Shown here one piece after another: positions 38,228 to 38,413 of a stretch of DNA of 38,413 bases. Every line of letters begins with the position of its first letter. The stretch's first letter is position 1. The stretch is from Gemmatimonadales bacterium (GTDB lineage: Bacteria > Gemmatimonadota > Gemmatimonadetes > Gemmatimonadales > GWC2-71-9). The position numbers were made by a program, and so were the translations under genes. The notes under the pieces are model-generated. The model was not told the origin of the DNA. It saw only the letters and a list, made by a program, of their open reading frames with translations, and made no database searches. The DNA is taken from assembly GCA_041615815.1 (NCBI GenBank), contig JBFJCP010000035.1:1-38413 (forward strand), in the 5' to 3' direction.

Positions 38228-38413
38228 GATTCACTCCATTTGGGGTTACTTCATGACGCGCTGATGATCGAGTGATCTATTTGACAGTGCGAGATCGTGC
38301 CGCTGCGGTCAACTCGGCGTTGCCTGCGTCGGTCTCTGGGAAACGAGATACCCCGGTCAGCGGCGCACGCTGGGCGGAACGAGTTTGAGTACAAATCGGA
38401 ACCGGCGTACCGC

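Noticed and set aside
1..38413. CRISPR array, integron cassette array, IS or prophage
   Set aside because: No regularly spaced repeats, no paired RYYYAAC/GTTRRRY attC ends, and no integrase, transposase or phage genes recognised.

Overview
GC-rich bacterial chromosomal window. The ADOP-type permease and many exported hypothetical proteins weakly suggest Gemmatimonadota/Acidobacteriota (inference only). I found no rRNA, tRNA, CRISPR array, integrase or transposase. About 30 intact CDSs are recognisable: a partial FAD/BBE oxidoreductase, an APC permease fused to EIIA and TrkA-C, a fused EutB-EutC, a gluconolactonase-gluconokinase-GntP group, DUF1080 plus two Gfo/Idh/MocA oxidoreductases, fdrA-ylbE, an atypical signal peptidase I, an ADOP permease, a hybrid histidine kinase, a GNAT and a FetAB-like ABC pair. 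The best candidate for an undescribed system is a five-gene minus-strand cluster (33682-38227) in which every product has an export signal: a 7-bladed BNR propeller-CARDB protein, a signal-peptide-bearing tandem MbtH-like protein with no NRPS in view, a 65-aa peptide, an HEXXH metallopeptidase-like protein and a translationally coupled HEAT-repeat lipoprotein. The two modules of that peptidase reappear, split over two genes with other partner domains, at 6595-9277. Other notable signals are a 2x cNMP + BFD [2Fe-2S] + ferritin-like fusion, several orphaned diverged gene-end relics (one forming a 260-bp direct repeat around the permease) and a triple GTTC-N7 LexA-like box lying over a sigma70-like promoter. 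All family calls come from motif recognition by eye; no database searches were run.
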